Shown in pieces: positions 48,514 through 57,911 of a DNA stretch of 64,000 nt (positions within the stretch are counted from its first letter, which is position 1; each line of letters starts with the position of its first letter). This DNA comes from Candidatus Latescibacterota bacterium. GTDB taxonomy: Bacteria; Latescibacterota; UBA2968; UBA8231. The DNA is taken from NCBI GenBank assembly GCA_965217585.1, contig OZ244561.1, positions 1,376,001 through 1,440,000 on the forward strand, written 5' to 3'. Under the pieces are notes generated by a model, which was given only the letters and a program-made list of their open reading frames with translations, had not been told where the DNA came from and ran no database searches. The translations under genes were made by a program, and so were the position numbers.

Positions 48514-50058
48514 ATGCAATTGAGAGAATCAATGGAATTGGGGGGCCAGCACCTGCTGGGCTGGCTCGACCCGGAGCGCGACTACCTGCCCACGGGCAGT
48601 TGGGCCATCACCCACGATCTGGGTCGCTGGTGGGACGCCATGCTGCGCCTTGAACGCGCCACTAACTTTGCCATCCCCGCACACGTGGAAGGGGCCAACC
48701 TGCGCAATCTCCACTGGCTCACCGACAATGCCGACGGGCTCCTCTGGGTGCCGCCGGGCCTGGATTGGCACCCCATCAAATTCGAACTCCACAGCCTGCG
48801 CGAGGGCATCCTGACCTTTGCCGCCCTAGCCCAGTACCGCAACAACGCCTGGGCCCACCAAGCCGGTCGCAAGTACCTCGAATCGATCCGCCGCGGCCTC
48901 AAGCCGGACTTCACCTGGGACTTCGACCAGTTCGACTACGCCCGCTACTTCACCGGCGGCGAAAACGAGGACCCGGGACACAAGCCCTCCAACGAGGGCC
49001 GCTTTGCCCTGACCGTCCAGCACGGCCGCTGCATCGAGGCCCTGGTGTGGTACTACGAGGCCACGGGCGACGCCCTGGCCATGGAACTGGCCGAGGACCT
49101 GGCCCGCTTTCACCTCGCGTACGCCACTGCCCCCGACGGCACCATCCCCGACGAACTGGCGCACCGGGCTATCGGCGACCGCCAATCCCACCTGTACACC
49201 CTGTGCGGCCTGCTGCTCTTTGGTTGCAAGACCCACCAGTCCGAATACGTCGACGCAGTGGTGCGCACGTACCGGGCCGGCGTCCCCGCGCTGGTCAATG
49301 AATGCGGCTGGGTCGCCCACGATATGGGCCAGACGCGCTTCCTCGACCAATCGGGCAATCTCATGGCCAACACCGAATCCACGGGCGCGGCCGCCCGGCT
49401 CGCCCTGTGGATGGCGCGTTATACCGCGCATACCGAGTGCTACGACGACGTCGAGCGGCTGGTGCGCGCCCGGCTTTTCCCGGGCCAGATCACCCAAGCC
49501 GATATCCACGCCAACCCAGACCTGGAAATTCCCTCTAGGGCGCTCGGCGGCTGGGGAGGCAACGACTACCCCCACGCTGGCAAGGGGTACAATCCCAGCG
49601 GCACGGCCGAAATCGTCCACACCATGAGCGCGATCTACCAGCACATCAGCGCCCTCGAAGAGGCTGGTCTCATCGTGTACATGCACTTCGACTACGCCGA
49701 CGACGCGGTCGAGATCAAAGCGGACAGAAGCGCCGAGGCCACCCTCGCGGTGCGGCCCCGCATCCACGACAATGTCCTGATCCGCGTGCCCGGGTGGGCA
49801 CCCCCGGAATCGGTCCGCATCGAGGTCGACGGCCGCCCAGCGGCCCTGCACATGGTGGGGTCATTCGCCTATCTCGGACGCCGGCAAGTAAGCGTCAACA
49901 GCCAGATCGTCCTGCGCCATGCCCTGCCAACCCGCCGCACGCAAGAGACCATGGCGGCCGGAGACACCTACCACTTTGCCTGGCGCGGCGACCAGATCAC
50001 CGGCGTGCATCCGAACGAGTGGCCCCTGCCGTTCTACCCGACGCTCGAGTCTTCCTAG
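48514..50058 (+). CDS. Hypothetical protein, possibly GH127-like (alpha/alpha)6-barrel glycosidase
   Basis: 'HDLGRWWDAM', 'DDVERLVRARL', C-terminal 'VLIRVPGWA' beta-sandwich. Confidence 0.55.
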   Translation: MQLRESMELGGQHLLGWLDPERDYLPTGSWAITHDLGRWWDAMLRLERATNFAIPAHVEGANLRNLHWLTDNADGLLWVPPGLDWHPIKFELHSLREGILTFAALAQYRNNAWAHQAGRKYLESIRRGLKPDFTWDFDQFDYARYFTGGENEDPGHKPSNEGRFALTVQHGRCIEALVWYYEATGDALAMELAEDLARFHLAYATAPDGTIPDELAHRAIGDRQSHLYTLCGLLLFGCKTHQSEYVDAVVRTYRAGVPALVNECGWVAHDMGQTRFLDQSGNLMANTESTGAAARLALWMARYTAHTECYDDVERLVRARLFPGQITQADIHANPDLEIPSRALGGWGGNDYPHAGKGYNPSGTAEIVHTMSAIYQHISALEEAGLIVYMHFDYADDAVEIKADRSAEATLAVRPRIHDNVLIRVPGWAPPESVRIEVDGRPAALHMVGSFAYLGRRQVSVNSQIVLRHALPTRRTQETMAAGDTYHFAWRGDQITGVHPNEWPLPFYPTLESS

Positions 50059-50076
50059 CGGCGGTTAGACGGCTTC

Positions 50077-50916
50077 TCAGGCCTGCTGCCAGCGGCTGGG
50101 ATTCACTCCCGGTGCCGCGCTCGGCATATTATCGGGTTTGTTGGGCACACCAAAGTCCCAGTGCCGCGTATTGGGATCGGTGAAAAAAGGACGCACCGAC
50201 TCGGGCAGCCCGGCCAGATCCTCTTCGTTCCAGTTCTCGACCTCGGCAATGGGGCCGGCCCAAGCCGGGCGGTACGCAATCGCCAGCACCGAGCGCGTGT
50301 ACTGGCCTCTGTTGGGCCAAGTGCCGTGGAAAGCGCGGTGGTTGAGAAAAACCGCCGCGCCGGCCTTGCACGGCACCACCACCTCCTCGGGATGGCGCTC
50401 GTAGCGCAGGTACGGATTGGCGTCGGCGTGCATGCACAAATGGGAGCGCGGAATGACGCGGAAAGGCGACACTTCGGGCGTCAGGTCATCGAGGTAGTAG
50501 AGCACGCGGATGGTGAAGGGACAACTGCCGTTGTTCCCGAAAATTTGCGAGCCGTAGGGCTGCCCGTCCGTGTGCAGGCTGATACCGGGCGTGCCGGGCT
50601 CGGAGCGGTCGTACCCGTAGCTGAGAAAGACGATCTCGTCGCCGAAGACCTGGCGCAAAAAATCAACGGTCGGCGGATGGGCGATGAGATCGGTCACAGG
50701 GCCCCCTTCAAACTGGATCTGGGACTTGCCGCGCTGGTGCGGACTGTAGTCGCGCGGCTTGGTCTCCCAGGTTTCGGCCTGGGCCTTGAGACGGGCGATG
50801 TGCTCGGGGCTGAGCAGGTCGGGAATGACTAGGTATCCTTCGAGTTCGACATGGCGGATGCGCTCGCCCAGAGTGAGGGCGGACCAGTCGCGGTCGTTGA
50901 TGGTGGCCTTTTGCAT
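50077..50916 (-). CDS. Phytanoyl-CoA dioxygenase (PhyH) family
   Basis: 'EGYLVIPDLLS', HxD 'LHTDG', 'YYLDDL', 'VIPRSH', 'FHG..R'. Confidence 0.85.
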   Translation of the reverse strand: MQKATINDRDWSALTLGERIRHVELEGYLVIPDLLSPEHIARLKAQAETWETKPRDYSPHQRGKSQIQFEGGPVTDLIAHPPTVDFLRQVFGDEIVFLSYGYDRSEPGTPGISLHTDGQPYGSQIFGNNGSCPFTIRVLYYLDDLTPEVSPFRVIPRSHLCMHADANPYLRYERHPEEVVVPCKAGAAVFLNHRAFHGTWPNRGQYTRSVLAIAYRPAWAGPIAEVENWNEEDLAGLPESVRPFFTDPNTRHWDFGVPNKPDNMPSAAPGVNPSRWQQA

Positions 50917-50949
50917 GGCAGACTCTCCTAGGTTGAGGTTATACCTCTT

Positions 50950-51009
50950 CTACACTGCGGCACTGCTGCCGCCGTCGATATTGATGGAGGCACCGGTGAT
51001 GAACTTTCG
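50950..51009 (-). pseudogene. C-terminal remnant of an SDR oxidoreductase
   Basis: Translates RKFITGASINIDGGSSAAV* (SDR 'xITGxxxxxDGG' tail). Confidence 0.6.
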
Positions 51010-52083
51010 TCAATTGTCGATCGGCACCTTTGCGCCAGTTTCCGCGCTCGCGTAAATCGCGTCCAGCAGCTTCATGAAGGTCAGCGCCTCGGCGGGAGAG
51101 ACATCGGGCGGCTGGGCACCGCGGATCGCGCTGGCAAAATCGCGGATCTCCGCGTTGAAGTCACCGTCGCCGTGTTCCACGAATTCACCAGCGGAATCGT
51201 CGCCTTCCGTGTAGATGGCACCCAGCAACCGACGCGTCCCCGAACGTCTCTTGCCCTCGGGCAGCGAAGTGGATTCCATCTCAATGGTGCCATCCGTCCC
51301 TAGGATGCGCAAGCGCAAATCCCACGCCCGGTCCGCCCAGGTGGAAATGACCGAGGAAGTATCCATCTGAATGGTCATACCGCCGGCGCAGCCCACCAGA
51401 AAACTTATGTAATCCTCGGAGTGACGCTCTACTTTTAGGGTTGTTGGAAACGCGCTATGGCTGACGGCAAAGGCCCATTCGGGTTGCGGACAACCCAGTA
51501 AGAACCAGGCCTGATCGAGGTAGTGCGAACCGTGTTGGCCCAATGCACCGCCCTTAAAACCCCACCGATATATCCAGCTCCTGCCCGGCGGCGGCTCATA
51601 ATTAGCTCCGCGCTCGCGATAGTGGTAGTGGACGCGCGCGTGATACACGTGCCCAATCCTTCCAGCGGCGATGATTTGCCGGTTCTCTTTGTTCTCCGCC
51701 TGGTGCCGCATGAAGTAGGAGTACACGAGCGTTTTTCCAGTGCTTTCCGCAACGGCGTTGATCTCCTCGACGTCTGCGGCATTGCGACCGTGCGGCTTCT
51801 GCACCAACACGTGCTTGCCCGCCTCCAGCGCCTCAATGACCATCGGCTTCCGCACATCGGGTGCGGTGGCGACTCCAACGGCTTCAACCTCGTCATCGGC
51901 GAGCAGCTCTCGATAGTCGCCGTAGATTTTGGGGACCTCGTGCTCCTCGGCGACCCGTCGAGCCAAATCTCGATCCAGATCGGCGACCGCCCAGGCGATG
52001 GTATCTGCGCCGGCTCGGGCACCTGCCACCCAAGCCCTGCCAACTCGGCAACCGATTACGCCCATTTTAATTTTGTCTATCAT
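51010..52083 (-). CDS. Gfo/Idh/MocA family oxidoreductase
   Basis: 'ALEAGKHVLVQKP', 'GGALGQHGSHYLD', 'AIYASAETG'. Confidence 0.85.
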   Translation of the reverse strand: MIDKIKMGVIGCRVGRAWVAGARAGADTIAWAVADLDRDLARRVAEEHEVPKIYGDYRELLADDEVEAVGVATAPDVRKPMVIEALEAGKHVLVQKPHGRNAADVEEINAVAESTGKTLVYSYFMRHQAENKENRQIIAAGRIGHVYHARVHYHYRERGANYEPPPGRSWIYRWGFKGGALGQHGSHYLDQAWFLLGCPQPEWAFAVSHSAFPTTLKVERHSEDYISFLVGCAGGMTIQMDTSSVISTWADRAWDLRLRILGTDGTIEMESTSLPEGKRRSGTRRLLGAIYTEGDDSAGEFVEHGDGDFNAEIRDFASAIRGAQPPDVSPAEALTFMKLLDAIYASAETGAKVPIDN

Positions 52084-52085
52084 AA

Positions 52086-53123
52086 TCACCTCCTTTGCAA
52101 TCGCTCGAGCTTTGCCTGCAGCCCGGGCTTTTCCAGCACCTCCCTGTTGACCACGTGCGCGGGAATTTCGCCGCGCCCAATTTGCGCCACCTGCCGGAGC
52201 CTGCCCCTCCAGGCCTGCATGTAGTACTCGTCGGTGTGGCACAGGGAGTGCGGCGAGACCACGACATGGTCCATTTTGAGGAGGGGATTGTCCGCATCGA
52301 TGGGCTCCTGCTCAAATACATCCAGCCCAGCGCCGCGGATGCGCCCGCTCTGCAGGACCCGTATCAGGGCTTGCTCATCGACGATGGGTCCCCGCGAAGT
52401 ATTGATCAGGTACGCCGTCTGTTTCATCAAGTTCAATTCCCGCTCGCCGATCAGGTGGCGAGTCTGCTCGCTGAGCGGTACGCTGATGCTGACGAAGTCG
52501 GACTCGGCCAGCAGGGTATCCATATCGACCAGTTCCACGTCCACATCGGCCACATCCTCCTCGCTCAGATTGGGATCGCAGCCCAAGTGCCGCATGCCAA
52601 AGGGCCTAGCCAGCAGGAACAGCTCGTGCCCGATATTGCCCACGCCAATGGAACCGAGCGTCTTGCCGGTCAGCCCTTCGCCGCGGTAGAGACGCTGGTC
52701 GGCCCAGCGCCCCTCGCGGGTGATCCGATCCTTGTTGAGCAGGCGCGTGGCTAGGGCCAGCATAAAGGTCATGATGGTGCAGGCCATGGGCCGGCGCACG
52801 GCGTCGGGGGCCGAGCAGAGCATTGCATTGGCCCGGGTCAGGGCCCCGACATCGATATGGTCGTACCCGACGCCGGTGAGGAGCACAGCCACGAGCTGGT
52901 CGTTGCCAATTAGGGAGCGCTCGCTCCAGCGGGACGCGCCCGAGATAACCGCGTCGCAGCCGCGCACTTGCTCGGGGGCGATTTCCGCGCGCTGCTCGGC
53001 CAATATCCGGTACTGGATTCCGGGCATTTCAGCGAATAATTCAAGCCCGGGGCCGGGCAGGTTGAAGTTCCCCTCCGCATCGAAGAAATCCCGGGTGATT
53101 CCAACCGTGACTTTAGTGGTCAT
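52086..53123 (-). CDS. D-2-hydroxyacid dehydrogenase family
   Basis: 'GVGYDHID', 'GSIGVGNIG', 'INTSRG', 'GLDVFEQEP', 'SPH'. Confidence 0.9.
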   Translation of the reverse strand: MTTKVTVGITRDFFDAEGNFNLPGPGLELFAEMPGIQYRILAEQRAEIAPEQVRGCDAVISGASRWSERSLIGNDQLVAVLLTGVGYDHIDVGALTRANAMLCSAPDAVRRPMACTIMTFMLALATRLLNKDRITREGRWADQRLYRGEGLTGKTLGSIGVGNIGHELFLLARPFGMRHLGCDPNLSEEDVADVDVELVDMDTLLAESDFVSISVPLSEQTRHLIGERELNLMKQTAYLINTSRGPIVDEQALIRVLQSGRIRGAGLDVFEQEPIDADNPLLKMDHVVVSPHSLCHTDEYYMQAWRGRLRQVAQIGRGEIPAHVVNREVLEKPGLQAKLERLQRR

Positions 53124-53922
53124 CTGCATCCTCTCGGTACATGGAAAAAGCCCGCACCGCGCCGTCGCGGAGCAGGTCGTATTCGCTGTGGCGGAAGCGA
53201 CCCACCAGTTGGATGCCGGCCCGGCGCTGGCGCAGGTACTCCTGGCGGTTGCGCGGATAGATCGCCGGCTCAGTGGCGATCCCCCTAACCAAGGCGATCT
53301 CGACGACGCGCTCCATGGCCCGCACCACTTCCGGGTGTTCCCAATCGCCGTGAAAACCCATGGTCGCCGCCAAGTCGCCGGGGCCAAAGACCACGGCGTC
53401 CACCCATTCGTTGGCGAGCATGGCCTCGGCGTTCTCGACGCCGCGCCAGGACTCGATTTTGAGGATGAGCATCGTGGCCGCGTTGGCCTCGCGGCAATAG
53501 CGGGCCGCCTCGACAGAGGCGTACTCCACATTGGCACCCATGGCCAGCCCCCGCTCCCCGTCCGGCGCGTATTTCATCCAGCGCACCAGCGCCGCGACTT
53601 GCTCGGGCTCTTCGGCGTGGGAGAGGCAAATCCCCAGCGCGCCCGCATCGAGCAGCCGCGATACAAAGGGACGCTCGGGCACCAGGACCGTCACCGCCGG
53701 AGCAAGGCCGTTGTCCCGAGCCATGACCAGGAAGTTGGTCAGGGTTTCGTCGTTGTGGATCACGTGCTCGTTTTCGACCAGCAGCATATTGTACCTCGCC
53801 TGGGCCGCGATCTTGATCACCGAAGGACGCAGCGACTCGAAGACATTGAAGCCAAAGAGCGGCCCACCGCTCTGGAGAATTTCCTTGGCCGGGTTGCGGA
53901 TAAGGGGATCTTCTGCCGCCAT
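53113..53922 (-). CDS. HpcH/HpaI aldolase family
   Basis: 'VENEH', 'LDAGA', 'YAPDGERG', 'IES', 'FGPGDL'. Confidence 0.85.
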   Translation of the reverse strand: MAAEDPLIRNPAKEILQSGGPLFGFNVFESLRPSVIKIAAQARYNMLLVENEHVIHNDETLTNFLVMARDNGLAPAVTVLVPERPFVSRLLDAGALGICLSHAEEPEQVAALVRWMKYAPDGERGLAMGANVEYASVEAARYCREANAATMLILKIESWRGVENAEAMLANEWVDAVVFGPGDLAATMGFHGDWEHPEVVRAMERVVEIALVRGIATEPAIYPRNRQEYLRQRRAGIQLVGRFRHSEYDLLRDGAVRAFSMYREDADDH

Positions 53923-53923
53923 A

Positions 53924-56095
53924 TCAATCCATTTCTGCAAAGCGACGCAACACGTTCTCGGTGATGCGGGAGACATTGTTGTCACCGCGATTGTATGAAA
54001 GGCAACTGCACCAGCTAATAGAGCCCACCGAGAATACCGCGCCACCCTTGGGGCCTTCAAAGTACACCATGTCGGACCGCACCAGGGGGTTCTGGCTGCC
54101 GCCGGTATTGGGGGCCGAGACCAACTGGTCTTCAATGGCCACCTGGTACAGATCGGTGAAGCCCTCGGCCGAAGCGAGCAAGAGGACGTGGTCGGGCGTG
54201 CCCTGGCCGCGGTCGATCCGGTCGATTTCAAAGCCGCCGGCGCCGTGTTCCAGAACCAGGGAGGGAAAGTCGCCGATTAATTCCTCGGGGGCCAGGCCCG
54301 CAAAGATAAAGGCCGCCCTCGGGTCCAAACTGTCCGGCTGCCGTCTGTAGGGGCGGTTGCGACCGCCGCCCTGAGAGGTAAAACCAACGCCGACCATTTT
54401 TTGCGGTGCCCGGTTGCGAAAGCGCCAGAGGCCACCCATCTCGCCCGTGGTGCTGTGGAAGCTCTCGCCGGGGGCGGCCTCCCAGGCGCGCGAGCCCCGC
54501 CAGCGCCTGACTTCGACGATGTGCGGACGCCCGGGGTCGAAGGAGGCGATCCAGTAGAAACCGTTGCCGCCCAGGTACATCAGGCGGCCGCCCCCCGCTT
54601 GGTACGATTCCAGCCCTTTGAGCATAGACGCCGTCCAGTACTCTGGATGCGTGCCGGTGAGGATCACCTGGTACGGCTCCAACAACTCGCTGCCTTCGCC
54701 GTGCAACTCGTCGTCGGTGATCACATCGTAGGCAAAGCCCTTGGTGTCCAGCCAGTCGAGCAGATGGAGATCGGCGTTGAGCAGGCGGGGCCAGTCCGCG
54801 GCCAGAGAGCGGGAGGGCATGCGGTACAGGGGACGAAAATTGACGATCGGCCGCCGGCGCGACGAATAGCAGACACCCGTGCCGTCGCTGTGCAGGTCGT
54901 AACAGCTCAAGAGCCGCTGGTCCTGCATGTACTGGTCTTGCGGGGCGGTGTCGCTGCTTGCGCGCAGGTCCAGCATGGCGCGGATCGGATCGTTAAAGCG
55001 CTGGTTGGCATAGACTAGGTACGTGAGAGTGGGCGCGAGGAAGGCGATGCGGGCACGGGCCTTTGCGGGGACGACGATAAAGGGCAGATAATCCTCGGCG
55101 TCGGCGCTGGTCAAGTGGGCCGCGTACACGCCGCTCGGCCAGTGTGGGGGCACGGTCCACTCGAAGGCGGCATCCCACTGGGCGTCTTCGAGATCGTCGT
55201 CGTGGAAGTGAATGGCCCCGTACTGGCTGGGGGCGACTTTGAAATCCGCCTCGTCGCCGGTCCAGTTGTGCCCAGTCACGGCCCGGGTCGGCAGGTTGAC
55301 CGTGCGGCCGTGGAGTTGGTTGGCCTCGGTGTCGCGCACTATTTCCGCGCCGATATCTAGGGAAAAGTCCCAACTAGCGATCGGGGTGTCGGCGTCGGCC
55401 TCCGCCGTGGAAAGCGCGCGGTCGTAGAGCCGCGGATTGTCGATCTTGCCATTGAAGTGGTGGGCGGCCGCCGGCCCCGAGGCAGCGCAGGCCATCAGCA
55501 AATCCTCCTCGTTCTCTCCCACAACCAAGGGGCGGATGGTTTTGCAGACCCTTGCTTGGGCGCGGGCCACCGGCCAGTTGGACTGCAGCTCTTGGTAGAG
55601 GCAGACTGCGCCAGTGGCCGCGTCGTAGCTGGCGGCGATACAGTGCCATTGAGCTGGGTGCAGGGGCACGCCGGTGCTCACTTTTTCCAGCCGCGTCCCA
55701 GCGCCGACCCACAGGGCCAGCGACCCGTCCTCATCGATAAAGAGGCCATAGCCCGATTGGCCGGACAACTTGGTCAACAGCCCTTGCAGGCCCTTTTGCG
55801 GCGTGGTGGGGTAGATCCACGCCCGCAGGGTAAACCCATTGGGGCAATTCAACAAAGGGTGGTGCGGCACGGCTGCGTACGAGCCGCTGTGGATGGCCTG
55901 GTACTGACCCGGGTACTCGCCGCTGATCGAGGATGCGAGCGCTTCGATTTTGCAGCCGGGACCCTCGGGATTGGCGTCCGTATGCCGCAGGCGCACGAGT
56001 TGGGCGCGGTACGCGGGCGCTTCGCTGCTGACCATAAAGCGTATAGTCTGCCCGGGCCGCACACTGAAACGGTCGCTGTACCCGACGATTTTCAT
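53924..56095 (-). CDS. N,N-dimethylformamidase beta-subunit family protein with LamG-like domain
   Basis: 'YGAIHFHDDDL', 'PTLTYLVYAN', 'YDLHSDG', 'TGTHPEYW', 'YLGGNGFYW', 'FSVGSISW'. Confidence 0.85.
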   Translation of the reverse strand: MKIVGYSDRFSVRPGQTIRFMVSSEAPAYRAQLVRLRHTDANPEGPGCKIEALASSISGEYPGQYQAIHSGSYAAVPHHPLLNCPNGFTLRAWIYPTTPQKGLQGLLTKLSGQSGYGLFIDEDGSLALWVGAGTRLEKVSTGVPLHPAQWHCIAASYDAATGAVCLYQELQSNWPVARAQARVCKTIRPLVVGENEEDLLMACAASGPAAAHHFNGKIDNPRLYDRALSTAEADADTPIASWDFSLDIGAEIVRDTEANQLHGRTVNLPTRAVTGHNWTGDEADFKVAPSQYGAIHFHDDDLEDAQWDAAFEWTVPPHWPSGVYAAHLTSADAEDYLPFIVVPAKARARIAFLAPTLTYLVYANQRFNDPIRAMLDLRASSDTAPQDQYMQDQRLLSCYDLHSDGTGVCYSSRRRPIVNFRPLYRMPSRSLAADWPRLLNADLHLLDWLDTKGFAYDVITDDELHGEGSELLEPYQVILTGTHPEYWTASMLKGLESYQAGGGRLMYLGGNGFYWIASFDPGRPHIVEVRRWRGSRAWEAAPGESFHSTTGEMGGLWRFRNRAPQKMVGVGFTSQGGGRNRPYRRQPDSLDPRAAFIFAGLAPEELIGDFPSLVLEHGAGGFEIDRIDRGQGTPDHVLLLASAEGFTDLYQVAIEDQLVSAPNTGGSQNPLVRSDMVYFEGPKGGAVFSVGSISWCSCLSYNRGDNNVSRITENVLRRFAEMD

Positions 56096-56239
56096 TCGAT
56101 TCTCCGCGCCACTAGGGCCGTGCAACGCCCCTGCAACCGCTTCTAGCCTACTCCTCGGTCGGCTCCGAGACGACGCGACATTTTTCGTCTACTACCACGG
56201 TCCAGACACAAGCAGACACAAGAAATCCAGGACCAACCT

Positions 56240-57250
56240 CTATTGTGCAGGGGCCAAGTTATTCAAGCAGAGTGGAGTTTCGACGTTCGAACGGATGAAG
56301 GCGATATGATCATTCTGTCCTGGCTTGATGTCACGCGCATTATCTAGGGGCACAACAATCGTCCCCCCACAACAGCGATGGTCCGCGCGGCCCAATGCAA
56401 AGGCACTACTCAAATGCGACATCGATCCTGATGGCTCAGTCTTAGAGCAGTGCTCTGACAGTTGCGTACATACGATTCTGGCACTGGGCATGATCTCTCG
56501 CAAGACGCTAATGATCTCAGGATTTGGAGCACCGTAACGCCCGCGACCAAAGGAAAAGATCACAGTTATAGGCTCTACGGCTTCAAGTAGCCTCTCAGTG
56601 AAGGAGCGAATGTCCGCTGCACCCGGACGACCTCCATGATGTGGGTAGACCAAAATGGGTATCTTCAGGTCCATATTTTGCATCAGCAGATCGTCTAGTC
56701 CAATTCCGTCGATGTCTGCGGGCAGAATGGCCACGTGCTTGCCGGACACGCTTATCCGTATCACCGCACTGATAGAATTGCTAGTGATCCTCCTCCCTGA
56801 TCCGTTTTTATTACCTACGCCCTTCAGGGCTAAATAAGGGCTTGGAGCCATTACCCGAATCTCTATATCGCCAAAATTCTCGCCCTTCCCCGAGACCAAG
56901 CCGACATCAAGCTGCAAAGTACCAGCCATGTGCGCGCTGTTCAGCTCGTAAGCTAAGTCATTCCAGATCTCAGTATCCTTCAAAGCGTCATTGTTGAGCA
57001 CAACTCTGTCTATAGTCACTATACCCGACGCCAACAACCCAACAAGGGCACCGATGTGGTCCTCGTCAGCATGAGATAGGTAAACTGTCCGAATTCTCTT
57101 GATGCATTGCTGGTCCAAGAACTCCAGAAGCCCACTGCGACGCCCAACATCAACGACAACCACTTCGGTATCTCCCACGACTACAGTGCAGCTTCCATGA
57201 CCAACATCGAGAATGTACAGATGACGTCGTAGCTTGCTCACGGCATTCAC
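56240..57250 (-). CDS. ComEC/Rec2-like metallo-beta-lactamase-fold hydrolase (putative nuclease)
   Basis: 'ILDVGHG', 'SHADEDHIG', 'NSISAV', 'LPADI', 'YPHHG'; GTGA overlap with upstream stop. Confidence 0.85.
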   Translation of the reverse strand: MNAVSKLRRHLYILDVGHGSCTVVVGDTEVVVVDVGRRSGLLEFLDQQCIKRIRTVYLSHADEDHIGALVGLLASGIVTIDRVVLNNDALKDTEIWNDLAYELNSAHMAGTLQLDVGLVSGKGENFGDIEIRVMAPSPYLALKGVGNKNGSGRRITSNSISAVIRISVSGKHVAILPADIDGIGLDDLLMQNMDLKIPILVYPHHGGRPGAADIRSFTERLLEAVEPITVIFSFGRGRYGAPNPEIISVLREIMPSARIVCTQLSEHCSKTEPSGSMSHLSSAFALGRADHRCCGGTIVVPLDNARDIKPGQNDHIAFIRSNVETPLCLNNLAPAQ

Positions 57251-57909
57251 TTGGATTCCCAATCATCGAAGAACAGATCCTCGTGGCTCTCTGCACCGAT
57301 GTTAACTAGGGCATGAAATCTTCTACCGGGCTCGACAAGATCGCGTATCTCATCCGAAAGACTGTCCTCATAGAGCCTTATCTTTTGTTGAGGGTCCCAC
57401 GCCGGCACAATGGCGTAAAGATACCTGCCCTCTTTATCGACCTCAGCAACTCGGACGAGCGTACGCCGTGGTTTTCTCGTGGAATGGAATGTACCACCGA
57501 TCTCACAGAGCCCCTTGCTCCAAGCCATGGTGAGTGCTTCTGGCTCTGGACTGTTGGTCTTGAGCAGTGCTGGTATGTACCGGAGACAATCGCGACGAAT
57601 TGTCACGTTAACATCAGTAAATGTCGTACAGAGCATTCCTGGTATACCAGCTTTATGACACTCTGCCACGAGAATATCCCCATCGCATTTGGCGTAGTCG
57701 TACTTCTTAAGATGGTAGTCACAGACTACGGCATCTGCTAACTGCTCCGCTTCGGCTACGAACGACTCTGCAGTGTCGACGGGGCCTTCCATCATGACTG
57801 GTTCCAACCCCAAATCCTCGACGGGATACCCGTATCCAACCCGCGCTTCTGGGTCGTCGTCCACAATCATAACTCGACTGATCTTTCTGTTGTGAATCGT
57901 TATCGACAC
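57247..57909 (-). CDS. Receiver (REC) domain protein with unknown beta-rich C-terminal domain
   Basis: 'MIVDDD', phospho-acceptor-like D64 'VVCDYHL', 'LCTTF', 'LLK'. Confidence 0.75.
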   Translation of the reverse strand: MSITIHNRKISRVMIVDDDPEARVGYGYPVEDLGLEPVMMEGPVDTAESFVAEAEQLADAVVCDYHLKKYDYAKCDGDILVAECHKAGIPGMLCTTFTDVNVTIRRDCLRYIPALLKTNSPEPEALTMAWSKGLCEIGGTFHSTRKPRRTLVRVAEVDKEGRYLYAIVPAWDPQQKIRLYEDSLSDEIRDLVEPGRRFHALVNIGAESHEDLFFDDWESK

Positions 57910-57911
57910 GG

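Noticed and set aside
52720-53964. 414-aa plus-strand ORF, and similar long antisense ORFs (38966-40033, 48826-49851, 7725-8633)
   Set aside because: Shadows of well-supported opposite-strand genes in high-GC DNA; no motifs.
56203-56222. CAGACACAAG tandem duplicate
   Set aside because: Only two copies of 10 bp; no supportable function.
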